Source of the DNA: an uncultured Bacteroidales bacterium
Lineage (GTDB): Bacteria > Bacteroidota > Bacteroidia > Bacteroidales > UBA932
Direction of reading: 5' to 3'
Length of the DNA: 38,991 nucleotides
Assembly: GCA_946530505.1 (NCBI GenBank)
Contig: CAMNAD010000001.1
Span: 1 to 38,991, forward strand
The position numbers and the translations under genes were made by a program. The notes under the pieces were generated by a model. The model ran no database searches. It saw nothing but the letters and a program-made list of their open reading frames with translations, and was not told the DNA's origin. This document shows, in pieces, positions 16,703 to 26,501 of this stretch. Numbering within the stretch: position 1 is the stretch's first letter; each line of letters begins with the position of its first letter.

Positions 16703-18342
16703 CAGTCGCCCGCCTCCAGTTTTTCGAACACCATCACATAGAGCAGCGGGCTGTGTACGAACCTGTCATAATCGGTCCACTGATAAGTAGTGTCCGGCGA
16801 AGCGCTTTCCGACAAAGGCAGGGCGAGGGCGATGCAATTGTCGCTTATCACAAGCTTGGATTTTCCGAGGAACACGTATTCGCCGGGAAGAAGCAGAGGC
16901 ACATTGTAGCTGAGCACGCCCTTCATCTTGACTGACAGCACTCCCCCGTCGGGATTGGATTCGTCCTTGGGATTGTAGGTGTAGGAGGTCTCTGCATGAG
17001 GCAGCCATCCGTACCACTCACTGCAATCTATGTTCTGGGGTACCCCGGCTTTATTTCCTACATACATGTAATCCCAGTACCTTCCGTCGGCGCCGGCAGT
17101 ATAGTTGAGTTTGCCGCTGAGGGAACCTTCGGCAGAAGGAGTAAAACTGAGGATGTTGTCCAGCTCGTTGTTGCAGTTGTTCCAGCACCAGCTCTTGCTT
17201 TCCGCCTTGTCCTTGGTCACGCATCCGCTGGCTCCGCCATATACCCAGAGTTCCTTGACCTCCCAGTCGCCCGCCAGGTCGAGGGCTTCCTCGGGAGTGT
17301 CATCGGGAGGGGTGACAGTGTTCTTGCCCTCGGTGCCCTCGGTCGCGGAAGCGGAAGGGATGCCGTCCACGGGCTCCACCATGACGAAATACGCACGCGG
17401 CCTTGCAACCAGCATGTCGTAATTGCTGTAGATGTTGGTCCAGTCGTCGGCGGCACCGTCTTCGAGGGTGATGGTGAACAGGAAGGCCTTCTTTTCGATG
17501 GTAATCTTCATGTCCCTGGTTTCGTCCTTGTAGACCTGATACTCGCCGGCTTCCACCATGACACCCTTGCTGACGGTCCCGTCGGCGGCAGTGAAGATGA
17601 TGTTGCCGCTGGCCACATCATGGGTCCAGGTGCTTTCGCCCACGGGAATCTTGCGATACCATTTGTGAACGTCGATATCCATGACCTCGAGAGGATTCTG
17701 ATCCGCCATGAACAGGCAGTTCCAGTGCTTACCGTCTACGCCGCCGTAGTGAATGCATTTGCCGGTGGGATTGCCGTCCGGAGTGAAATCCTCCAGGGTG
17801 AATTCCAGATAGTCGTCATACTCGGCGGCAGGGCCATAACCTTCGGAATTCCAGCAGGAGGCTTTCGCCACGGGATCGAAGAGTGCGGAGCCGCCGTACA
17901 TGGGGCCCGTGCCTCCCCAGATCTTGGAACCGGTTATGGCATACTTGCCGATGAGAGGTTCGGTAAACTCGGTCATGTCTATTGTATACACACGGGACTT
18001 CCCGGTGGCGGACGTCACCTTGATGGTGGGGGCGTCACCGCTGAAATCCATCGTCTGGCCACGCTCTACGTCGGCCTTGGATTTGTACGACAGGTCCAGG
18101 ACCTCGATGCCCACCTTGGACTTGTCGGCCACGAGGTTGGAGACAAGCTGGACGGTGATCGTTCCGGTAGTTTCATCGACCTCCTTGATGGCGGCCTTGC
18201 CGGCCTGTCCCGAGAACTTGATGTCGAGAATCTTATGGTCGTTGTTCCATTCTCCTTTCTCTACATCCGCCCAAGGATCCTTGGTGCATGCGCTCAGGAG
18301 GGTGAGAGCGCCCAATGCTATGAATAATAACTTGCTTTTCAT
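16702..18342 (-). CDS. Surface lipoprotein in SusE-like position, putative glycan-binding, with an internally duplicated domain
   Basis: Lipobox LSAC, directly downstream of susD. An N-terminal beta-rich domain is followed by two similar aromatic-rich repeats of about 190 aa. Confidence 0.75.
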   Translation of the reverse strand: MKSKLLFIALGALTLLSACTKDPWADVEKGEWNNDHKILDIKFSGQAGKAAIKEVDETTGTITVQLVSNLVADKSKVGIEVLDLSYKSKADVERGQTMDFSGDAPTIKVTSATGKSRVYTIDMTEFTEPLIGKYAITGSKIWGGTGPMYGGSALFDPVAKASCWNSEGYGPAAEYDDYLEFTLEDFTPDGNPTGKCIHYGGVDGKHWNCLFMADQNPLEVMDIDVHKWYRKIPVGESTWTHDVASGNIIFTAADGTVSKGVMVEAGEYQVYKDETRDMKITIEKKAFLFTITLEDGAADDWTNIYSNYDMLVARPRAYFVMVEPVDGIPSASATEGTEGKNTVTPPDDTPEEALDLAGDWEVKELWVYGGASGCVTKDKAESKSWCWNNCNNELDNILSFTPSAEGSLSGKLNYTAGADGRYWDYMYVGNKAGVPQNIDCSEWYGWLPHAETSYTYNPKDESNPDGGVLSVKMKGVLSYNVPLLLPGEYVFLGKSKLVISDNCIALALPLSESASPDTTYQWTDYDRFVHSPLLYVMVFEKLEAGD

Positions 18343-18344
18343 GA

Positions 18345-19871
18345 TTACTGGATGTTAGGATTGAGATCCGTCTCGATGGAAGGTATGGGATAGAAGAGAA
18401 CATCTTCTTCGTTGGTGATACCCTGCCCCTGTACGGCAGCTACGGTGTGCAGGCTGCATGTACGCCGGAGGTCGTAGGTTATGTTGCCCTCGAACGCGAG
18501 TTCATAGACGCGCTCCTTGATCACAGCCTTGCGGAAATCCGCGACGGAAAGGCCGGGAGCAAGGTCTCCAAGACCGGCCCTGTGACGTATGTAATTCACA
18601 AGTTCGTAAGACTTGGCGCCGGGGCCTGCGGCTTCGGCGTAAGTCAGGGCGATGTCCGAGAAACGGATCAGGAAAGGTTTCGTGGACGTCTTGTCGCCGT
18701 TGAATGCCGGATCGATGTACTTGCGGCAGAACGGATAGGTCAGGGCTCCGGGATAGGAAGCGGCCACGGCTCCGGTGGCATCGTATACTTCCCTGCAGAT
18801 GAGCCAGTCCTTGCGGAGATCGCCCGTCTCGTATGAATTGTAGAAATCGATGTTGGTCTTGTACTCCGACCATCCGTCGTGGGTAGGGACCAGATTCTCG
18901 GTATCTCCCTGCTTCAGGTAGACGGTACTTCCGGAAATGTACGGAATGTACATCTTGGAAATCTTCGAGTACTGTCCTTCCGTCTCTCCGGTACGGTCCA
19001 TGCTCATTATAAAGATGTGCTCCGGCCCGTCAGGGTAGTTCACATCGTAGATATGCATGAGGTCGTCGTCGAAGTGATAGGTCGTCTGTTCCGCATTGTC
19101 CACCACGTATCCTGCATACTCGGCCGCCTTGGCGTAATACTGGTCCACATCAAAGGACATGGAGGAATACTGGGGCGTATCGTAATCCTTGGCCGAGGCG
19201 AGATACAGGTAGGTCTTGGCAAGCAGGGACTGCGCTGCGGCCTTGTCCGCACGCCCGGGTTCCGGCTTGGCATAATAGGGCAGGAGCCTGATGGCTTCTT
19301 CGAGATCGGAGATCACGTAGTTCCACATGGCGTCCAGGCTTTCGGGGAGTCCGGCCTGGGTGTCTTCAAGCTTGGCGACCACATCCATGTGCACGGGAAC
19401 ACGTCCGAAATTGCGGGCGAGATTGAAATACGAGTATGCGCGCATGAAGTAGGCTTCGCCCACATAACGGTTGCGCAGATTCTCGTCGAGATCCATGCCG
19501 GAAACGTTCTTGATTACGGCGTTCGCCCTGTTTATGGTGATGTATGAATACTTGAAGAAGTTGCCCAGCGTGGTATTCGTCTTGAAGTTGTTCTGGCTCC
19601 AGGCGTCCAGGTCCCGGACCGAGGGCGTGGCGTCACCTTTCGGATCGAGTTCATCGGAGTTCATGCCTCCGAGGAATACGATGGCGCGGGAATACTCGAT
19701 ATAGGTGATGGCATCGTAGATATACATGGTGGCAGACTCCGCATCCGCAGGGGTCTTGTAGAAATTGCCCTCCGAATAGAAGCCGTAAGGATATTCATTC
19801 AAAGAACAGCCCGCAAAGAGTAAAGCTGCAATCAACAAAGCTGAAATCTTGTTATTCATGGCTGTATTCAT
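18345..19871 (-). CDS. susD: SusD/RagB family nutrient-binding lipoprotein
   Basis: Lipobox FAGC, GEAYFMRAYSYFNL, LIRFSDIALTYAEA, ERVYELAFEG, YPIP near the C-terminus. Confidence 0.96.
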   Translation of the reverse strand: MNTAMNNKISALLIAALLFAGCSLNEYPYGFYSEGNFYKTPADAESATMYIYDAITYIEYSRAIVFLGGMNSDELDPKGDATPSVRDLDAWSQNNFKTNTTLGNFFKYSYITINRANAVIKNVSGMDLDENLRNRYVGEAYFMRAYSYFNLARNFGRVPVHMDVVAKLEDTQAGLPESLDAMWNYVISDLEEAIRLLPYYAKPEPGRADKAAAQSLLAKTYLYLASAKDYDTPQYSSMSFDVDQYYAKAAEYAGYVVDNAEQTTYHFDDDLMHIYDVNYPDGPEHIFIMSMDRTGETEGQYSKISKMYIPYISGSTVYLKQGDTENLVPTHDGWSEYKTNIDFYNSYETGDLRKDWLICREVYDATGAVAASYPGALTYPFCRKYIDPAFNGDKTSTKPFLIRFSDIALTYAEAAGPGAKSYELVNYIRHRAGLGDLAPGLSVADFRKAVIKERVYELAFEGNITYDLRRTCSLHTVAAVQGQGITNEEDVLFYPIPSIETDLNPNIQ

Positions 19872-22800
19872 TAAAAGTTAAAGTCGATTCCGAAAGTCCA
19901 CTTTCTCAGACGGGGATATCCCCCGCTGTAAATCCCGTTTGCGCCGACCTCGGGGTCGTAGCCTGTAAATTTAGTGAAAGTGTAGAGATTGTCAATATTC
20001 ACGTAGAAACGGAGGCTGTCCATGAAGGACAGTTTTCCCCGCAGCGGAAGCGTGTATCCGAAGGAGACTGTCTGAATGCGGACGAAGGAACCGTCTTCCA
20101 CCCACCATTCGGAAAACTTGGTGGAGCGGTCGTCACGCAGGCTGGGATAATCGTTGTTCGGATTGTCGGAAGTCCAGCGGAGAGGGTTGTTGGAAGGCAG
20201 ACCGAAACGCTGGGTGTTGATCACGTCGTTTCCGAACACGCCGTTGAAGAAGATGCTGGCGTCGAAATTCTTCCAGCTTACGTCGAGACTCAGGGAAGCG
20301 AGAAAATCCGGATTCGGATCGCCTATGATGGTACGGTCGCTTTCATCCACGGTGCCGCTGCCGTCGAAGTCGACATATTTGAACTCGCCCGCTTCGGCAT
20401 CGTTGCCGGTAAGTCCGGCGGTAAGGCCCTCTTCCAGGCTCTGCACTATACCGTCGACCTTGTATCCGTAAAATACGAACATGGGCTGGTCGATGGCAAG
20501 GATATTGGTATATCCGCGGAACTGCCCGAGGCTGTTTCCGGAATACTCATACTGCATTCCGGTATTGGGATCGGTCATGAGGCCGGCCTCGATGGCGTTG
20601 CCAAGGCTTACGACCCTGTTGCGGTTGTGCGAGAACACCGCGGTGGCTCCGATTTTCCAATCCCTGTCAGAGTAGATGATACCGTCCAGGGTGGCCTCCA
20701 CGCCGCGGTTGCGTATCTTTCCGTCGTTCACCCACATACGGTCGAAACCGGAGGAAGGGGCGATGTTACGCTCGCGGAGCAGGCCGTCGGTAATCTTGTC
20801 GTAGACATCTACGGTGAGATTGAGCCTGTTGCCGAAAAGGCTGACGTCCATGCCAAGGTCGAGCTGGGAAGTCGTCTCCCATTTGAGATTCTCGTTGGCG
20901 ATACCGCTCCAGACTGCATAGATGCCGCTCTCACCCGTCGTGCCGGATTTGTAACCGGGGCCGATGGCGGTCATCCACGAGCCATTGTAGTAGTATTTGT
21001 GCTGACCGAAACGGCTGAGCGTCTGGTAGGGCGAAATGCCCTGGTTGCCGGAGATACCGTAGGAAGCACGGAACTTGAGCGCGTCGATCTGCTTCACGTC
21101 CTTGAGGAAGCTCTCGTTATGTGCGTTCCAGCTGAAGGCCCCGGAGGGGAAGAACGCCCACTTGTTGCCCGCACCGAATTTTGACGAGCCGTCCGCACGG
21201 GCGGTGAAAGTCACGAGATAACGGTTGTCGTATCCGTAGTTGAAACGTGTGAGTCCGGAAACCAGTTCACTCTCGGAGAGCCCGTTGGTAATCCTGTAGA
21301 GTTCGGGATTTCCGGCCTGCAGGTTTTCGTTGCCGAGGGTTTCATTGACGAATTCCACGCCCGTAAGGCTCGACGAACGGGACTTGTAGTGCTCGTAGGA
21401 ATAGCCGAGCATCGCGGTCAGGTGATGTTTCTCCGCGAACACTTTGTCGTAGGTGCCGTAGACGTCGACCACCAGATTGTCGTCCTTCCAGTTGCTTATC
21501 TGGCCGTAACCGTTGTTGAAGTTTCCAGTTTCGGAATACACGTTGGGGTTGTAGACGTCCTGCACAGTCTCGCCGTGCTTGTAGTTGAGCTGGCTGGTGA
21601 GAGTGAAGCCTTCGAACATCTTCCACTCTAAACCTGCATTCGCAATGACGTCGGTGCCTTCCTTCGTGTTTTTGGAAAGCTCCTTCAGAGCTATCGGATG
21701 ATAGTAATCGCTGGCGCTGTACAGCCAGTAGTTACCTTCGTCGTCGTAGACCGGGAAGATGGGGTTGCGGTTGAAGGAACGGCCGGGATTGTAGTTGCGG
21801 TTGCCGTGGACCACGTTGGCGCCCAGTTTGAGCGTAAGGTTGTCGAACACCTTGTGGTCTACGGAGAACTTTCCGCCGTACTTCTGGTAGTAGTCGTCCA
21901 CGAAGACGCCGTTGTCGCGGAAGTAGTTGGCGCTTGCCACGAAGTTGGTCCTGTCGTTGGAACTGCGCACCTGCACCGTGGTGTTGTCGGACACGGGAAC
22001 GTCCCTGAGAACGAGGTCAGCCCAGTCGGTATTGGTGGTCCAGGTAGTCTGCAACTCCTCTATGGAAGGATAGTAAATGCCCGCAGAGTTCACTGCACCG
22101 ACATACAGAGGGGTGAGCCCCGCGTTGGTCTTGGCTTCGTTCTGGGTAATGGCCATCAGCACCGGGTCCCGCCAGATATTGAGTTCCGAAGTCATCTGCG
22201 AGAGGGTGGTCTGCTGGCGCACGCTGATGCTGGTACGGTTGGCGGAAGCCTTGGTGGTCGTGATGAGGATTACGCCGTTGGCGCCTCGGGAACCATAGAT
22301 GGCGGATGCGCTCGCATCCTTCAGGACCTCCATAGAAACGATGTCCTGAGGGTTGATCTGCGCCAGGTTGCCTGCATCCCCGAAAGGGAATCCGTCCACG
22401 ACGAGCAGCGGAGCGTTCGAGCCCCTTACCGACGAGTTGCCGCGGATGCGCACCACGGAAGCAGCACCGGGTTCCTGTGAGTTGTTGGTAACCTGCACGC
22501 CTGCCACACGTCCCTGCATCAGGCTTTCAATGGAATTGGAGGGTTTGGAAACGAGGTTTTCCGGATCAAGCGATGCCACCGAACCAGTGAGGTCGCTTTT
22601 TTTCATGCGTCCGTAACCGATAGCGACTGTCTCTTCGAGCATGAAGGAGGATTCGTCGAGAACGATGTCGATGACAGCCCTGCCGTTGACTGCAACGCTG
22701 GCATCTTCATAGCCCAGGCAGCTGACGGTGATCACGGCGTCGGAAGCCACTCCGTCGATAGCCCAGGATCCGTTTGCCGAGGTGACCGAGTACTTGTTCG

Positions 22801-22951
22801 TGCCACCTACGAGCACGGCAGCTCCGACGACGGGGTTGCCGTACTGGTCATTCACCTTTCCGGACACACGGCCCGTGGTCTGGGCAAGGGCCGCGCTCGG
22901 AGCCAAAAGGCAAAGGACCGCAAAGAAAAAGCATAAAAGACTCTTTTTCAT
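19871..22951 (-). CDS. susC: SusC/RagA family TonB-dependent transporter
   Basis: AIGYG..KKSDLTGSV, LKDASASAIYGSRGANGVILITT, RADGSSKF, LKWETT, GYDPE and a terminal Phe. Confidence 0.98.
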   Translation of the reverse strand: MKKSLLCFFFAVLCLLAPSAALAQTTGRVSGKVNDQYGNPVVGAAVLVGGTNKYSVTSANGSWAIDGVASDAVITVSCLGYEDASVAVNGRAVIDIVLDESSFMLEETVAIGYGRMKKSDLTGSVASLDPENLVSKPSNSIESLMQGRVAGVQVTNNSQEPGAASVVRIRGNSSVRGSNAPLLVVDGFPFGDAGNLAQINPQDIVSMEVLKDASASAIYGSRGANGVILITTTKASANRTSISVRQQTTLSQMTSELNIWRDPVLMAITQNEAKTNAGLTPLYVGAVNSAGIYYPSIEELQTTWTTNTDWADLVLRDVPVSDNTTVQVRSSNDRTNFVASANYFRDNGVFVDDYYQKYGGKFSVDHKVFDNLTLKLGANVVHGNRNYNPGRSFNRNPIFPVYDDEGNYWLYSASDYYHPIALKELSKNTKEGTDVIANAGLEWKMFEGFTLTSQLNYKHGETVQDVYNPNVYSETGNFNNGYGQISNWKDDNLVVDVYGTYDKVFAEKHHLTAMLGYSYEHYKSRSSSLTGVEFVNETLGNENLQAGNPELYRITNGLSESELVSGLTRFNYGYDNRYLVTFTARADGSSKFGAGNKWAFFPSGAFSWNAHNESFLKDVKQIDALKFRASYGISGNQGISPYQTLSRFGQHKYYYNGSWMTAIGPGYKSGTTGESGIYAVWSGIANENLKWETTSQLDLGMDVSLFGNRLNLTVDVYDKITDGLLRERNIAPSSGFDRMWVNDGKIRNRGVEATLDGIIYSDRDWKIGATAVFSHNRNRVVSLGNAIEAGLMTDPNTGMQYEYSGNSLGQFRGYTNILAIDQPMFVFYGYKVDGIVQSLEEGLTAGLTGNDAEAGEFKYVDFDGSGTVDESDRTIIGDPNPDFLASLSLDVSWKNFDASIFFNGVFGNDVINTQRFGLPSNNPLRWTSDNPNNDYPSLRDDRSTKFSEWWVEDGSFVRIQTVSFGYTLPLRGKLSFMDSLRFYVNIDNLYTFTKFTGYDPEVGANGIYSGGYPRLRKWTFGIDFNF

Positions 22952-22962
22952 TGTTGTTCTGA

Positions 22963-23967
22963 TTATTGATTATCCATAAAATCAAGTAGTTCGCTTACCG
23001 GACATGTGGCCACTCCCACATATCTGTCGGCACCGCCGTAGTAGACGTAGAGAATACCGTCCTTCACGACATTCCCCGTCGGAAAGACGCATCCCGGGTA
23101 GAAGCCTTCCCTTTCGAAAGGAAGCTCCGGCTCGAGTATCGGTTCCCTGGTACGGGCCAGCACCTTGAGCGGATTGTCGCGGTCCAGCAGCATGGCCCAT
23201 ACGGTATAGTCGGCAAGTCCTCCGTCCGCAACTCCGTGATAGAGCACCAGCCAACCGCGGTCGGTGAGAATGGGAGGCGTGCTTCCCCCTATCTTCTCTT
23301 CCTTCGTGCCCGGACGGCCTTCGATGAGAAGATGATCTTCGGCACTTTCCCAGTTCAGCAGATCGTCCGAGAATTTCAGCCAGATCGAAGGGAACCTGGT
23401 GGCGGAAGTCTGTTTCGGCCTGTGGAGCATCGCGAATCTGCCGCCTATCTTCTGGGGGAACAGGATCACGTCCCTGTCGTCCTGGACGGCGGAAGTGATG
23501 CGTCCAAGCCGCCTGAAATTGCGGAAATCGCGAGTACATGCCAGGCCTGTGTTCCCGAGGTTCTCCCTCAGAGCCATGGGGGCGAACTCGTCCACGTCCG
23601 GTTTCAGCACCATATCGTGAGGGAAAGTCCAGTAGCGGCCGGGAGCCATGGGCCTGTATGCATATGTGACATAAAAAGTATCACCGAACTTGACGATCCT
23701 GGCATCTTCCACGCAGCCGCTGTCCGGGCCGTCGGCGCTGGGGCCGAACACGGGCCGGTCGCTGACACGCTGAAAATGGAATCCGTCGGTGCTGGTGGCC
23801 AGTCCGAAGCGTATCACGTGTTTCTCATCGTCCCCTGCGGCACGGTAGAGCATGTAGAAAACGCCGTCATCCAGAATGACTCCCGGATTGCAGACCACCA
23901 GATTCTCCCACTCGTTCGCGGGATTCGGAGAGAGGATGGGGTTTCCCCCGTATCTTAGCAGTTTCAT
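22963..23967 (-). CDS. GH130 beta-mannoside phosphorylase
   Basis: NPILSP, NPG, LYRA, EDAR (catalytic Asp), DDRDVILFP, MLHRP, LYHG, YYGGAD. No signal peptide. Start set at ATG 23967 (TAATG coupling with the symporter). Confidence 0.92.
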   Translation of the reverse strand: MKLLRYGGNPILSPNPANEWENLVVCNPGVILDDGVFYMLYRAAGDDEKHVIRFGLATSTDGFHFQRVSDRPVFGPSADGPDSGCVEDARIVKFGDTFYVTYAYRPMAPGRYWTFPHDMVLKPDVDEFAPMALRENLGNTGLACTRDFRNFRRLGRITSAVQDDRDVILFPQKIGGRFAMLHRPKQTSATRFPSIWLKFSDDLLNWESAEDHLLIEGRPGTKEEKIGGSTPPILTDRGWLVLYHGVADGGLADYTVWAMLLDRDNPLKVLARTREPILEPELPFEREGFYPGCVFPTGNVVKDGILYVYYGGADRYVGVATCPVSELLDFMDNQ

Positions 23968-25553
23968 TATCTGAAAATGAATAATAGTATAAAACTCATT
24001 ACCATGAGACCGGCGGCCATGACCCTGTAATTCTTCCACCACTTTTCCTTTTTGAGTTCGACGGTCTCGGCCCTGTAGTCTTCGAGACTGAAGGTGGTGT
24101 TCTCCAGTTTTTCGGGAGAAGGCCTGCCCGTGGCGAGGCTCACCAGCCAGATTACCAGCATGCTGAAAATCAGCAGTATGGGCACGATGAACAGGAAGTG
24201 CATATTCCCGAAGATGGCATCGCGCCAGAACAGCAGGACGACAGCCAGCGCAAGCCCCGAAAGAAGGCCGGCGAACGCCCCGCGGGCATTGGTCCGCTTG
24301 AAGAACACACCCATCAGGAAGGTGGCCACAATGGGCGGGGAAATGTAGGAAAGCATCTCCTGATAGTATTTCAACAGGGAGCCGAACTTTTCGATGTTAG
24401 GAGCCCACAGTGTGGCTATTATGATTATGACGAGAGCGGAAATCTTTCCGACCCGCACAAGTTTCTTCTGATCCGCCTTCTTGTCGAACTTGGCATAGAA
24501 GTCCATGGTGAACAAGGTGGAAGCCGAATTGAGAATGGCGCTCAAGGTAGAGGTGAGAGCAGCCAGCATGGCGGAGAGCATCAGTCCGAGGATTCCGGCG
24601 GGCATCAGCTTGAGAACCATGGTGGGATATATCATGTCGGGATTTTCGATTCCGGGGAAGAACTTGCGCGCCATGACTCCTGGGATATTGAAGATAAACA
24701 GCGTGCAAAGGGTGAGGAAGCCCGCCAGCATCACTCCGATGCGGCCCTGGTTTACGTTCCTGGCGCTGAGCACCCGCTGCACCAGGGTCTGGTTGTTGGC
24801 CCAGAAATAGATGCCGAGCACTGGCATGCCTACAAGGAGACCCAGCCAGGGAGTGGAGGAGTCTGAAAGCGGCCTGACGAGTTTCGCCGCCACATCGCCG
24901 TTCTCCATAAGACCGGCGAAGTATTCCCCTCCCCCCTTGGCATAGCAGATTATCATCATCGCGACGGAACCTGCAAGAAGGACCACAGCCTGAATCAGGT
25001 CGGTATTAATGGCTGCGGAAAGGCCTCCCGGGATAGTATATGACGCAGCAATCACTGCGAATACAAGTACGAACACCCATAACTCGACTTCCGGAAAGAG
25101 GAGCTTGAGAATCAGGGCCGCCGAATAGAGGGCTCCGGCGGCATCCAGGAAAATGTTCCCAATTATGCTGATTGCGGAGAAGTAATAACGGGACCTGCTG
25201 TCGAAGCGCTTCTCCAGAAATTCAGGAATGGTGAAAACCCCTGATCTGATATATAAAGGTAAAAGGAATATGGCGAAGAAAACCAGGACCCATACGCCGG
25301 TAAGGTTGTAATTGAAAACGGCTATACCGGTAGCGTAGGCGTCGCCGGTCTGCCCGATCAGCGTGGTGCTGGAAATGCTGGCCGCAAAGAGCGACAGCCC
25401 TATTATGAACCACGGCATCCCCCGTCCGGCAAGAAAGTATGATCCGGCATTCGAGCTCTTGCCGTTACGCAGCCCCCACCAGATGATGAAAAGCAGGTAA
25501 ACGACAATGATTATCACATCGATGGTGCCAATTCCTGAACTGTGCATTTTCAT
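23967..25553 (-). CDS. Sodium:solute (SSS/SGLT-like) sugar symporter
   Basis: YFLAGRGMPW, SLFAASISS, TIPEFLEKRFD, GGLSA, NQTLVQRVLSA and many TM helices. Confidence 0.95.
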   Translation of the reverse strand: MKMHSSGIGTIDVIIIVVYLLFIIWWGLRNGKSSNAGSYFLAGRGMPWFIIGLSLFAASISSTTLIGQTGDAYATGIAVFNYNLTGVWVLVFFAIFLLPLYIRSGVFTIPEFLEKRFDSRSRYYFSAISIIGNIFLDAAGALYSAALILKLLFPEVELWVFVLVFAVIAASYTIPGGLSAAINTDLIQAVVLLAGSVAMMIICYAKGGGEYFAGLMENGDVAAKLVRPLSDSSTPWLGLLVGMPVLGIYFWANNQTLVQRVLSARNVNQGRIGVMLAGFLTLCTLFIFNIPGVMARKFFPGIENPDMIYPTMVLKLMPAGILGLMLSAMLAALTSTLSAILNSASTLFTMDFYAKFDKKADQKKLVRVGKISALVIIIIATLWAPNIEKFGSLLKYYQEMLSYISPPIVATFLMGVFFKRTNARGAFAGLLSGLALAVVLLFWRDAIFGNMHFLFIVPILLIFSMLVIWLVSLATGRPSPEKLENTTFSLEDYRAETVELKKEKWWKNYRVMAAGLMVMSFILLFIFR

Positions 25554-25570
25554 TATAGTTTAGTGCGATA

Positions 25571-25650
25571 CAAATATAAGGGACAATTTCGGGCTTTTTT
25601 TTTACAATAGAGTAAAAGATTGATACTATTTTGAATTTTTCCTACATTTG
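25571..25650. promoter_or_regulatory. Divergent promoter region for the PUL operon and the AraC regulator
   Basis: TATATTTG on minus (25571-78) and TACATTTG on plus (25643-50). Between them lie a T9 tract (25595-603) and the palindrome TTTTAC-N6-GTAAAA (25600-617). Confidence 0.65.
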
Positions 25651-25655
25651 CAAAG

Positions 25656-26501
25656 ATGAAAAGCATACAAGAGGAAATAACGCCCGTCGAAAGCGACGAC
25701 CTGTATGTAGTCCTGGACCACATAAACGCCAAGTTCGACTACCCTATCCATTGCCACGAAGAATACGAGATAAATCTTATTCTCCATTCCGACGGCACAC
25801 ACATTATCGGGACACGCCAGGAGGCGTTTTATGGCATGGATCTGATAGTTATCACCCCTTTCGTGCCCCATGTATGGAAGGCGCGGGAAGAGGGGAACCG
25901 CGTCATAACCATCCAATTCTCCGGGAAAATGCTGGAATTCCCCATGATAAGGCTGAAACAGTTCCGCAAAATAGAATCATTCCTCAAAAATATCGTTCCG
26001 GCAGCAAAGTATCATCTTTCCGAATCGGACCCTCTGGTGCAGGAAACCCTTGCGCTTGCAAATGCAAAAGGCTTCGACGCTACCCTGGCCTTCCTGCATC
26101 TGCTTAACTCCATGGCGGAAAGGGAATTCTCGGTGCTGGGAGATTCCGACTCAGGCATCAGGGCGTCCCGTTCTCGCAGGATAGCCAAGGTCATGGACTG
26201 GTCCAGGAAGCACCTTGGCGAAACCATCCGGCTCTCGGAAGTCGCATCGCTCGTAGACATGTCCGAATCGGCTTTCTCGCATTTCTTCAAGAAACACACA
26301 AACCTTTCCTATATCAGCTACCTCAACGGACTGCGGATCTCCAGGGCCTGCCGCGAACTTGAATCCAGTGCCATGAGCGTCAGTGAAATCTGCTGGAACT
26401 GCGGCTTCAACAACAAGTCCAACTTCAACAGAAAATTCCTGCAGGCAAAGGGCATGACCCCTACTGCCTACAGGAAATACATCTCCGAGATTCTGATCTA
26501 G
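25656..26501 (+). CDS. AraC family transcriptional regulator (cupin + double HTH)
   Basis: [13 protein letters not shown] cupin motif; [12 protein letters not shown] and [24 protein letters not shown] motifs. Divergent from the PUL operon. Confidence 0.95.
   Translation: MKSIQEEITPVESDDLYVVLDHINAKFDYPIHCHEEYEINLILHSDGTHIIGTRQEAFYGMDLIVITPFVPHVWKAREEGNRVITIQFSGKMLEFPMIRLKQFRKIESFLKNIVPAAKYHLSESDPLVQETLALANAKGFDATLAFLHLLNSMAEREFSVLGDSDSGIRASRSRRIAKVMDWSRKHLGETIRLSEVASLVDMSESAFSHFFKKHTNLSYISYLNGLRISRACRELESSAMSVSEICWNCGFNNKSNFNRKFLQAKGMTPTAYRKYISEILI

Noticed and set aside
23968-24042. N-terminal extension of GH130 in the ORF track
   Set aside because: It lies within the symporter 3' end. The ATG at 23967 gives a typical GH130 start with TAATG coupling.
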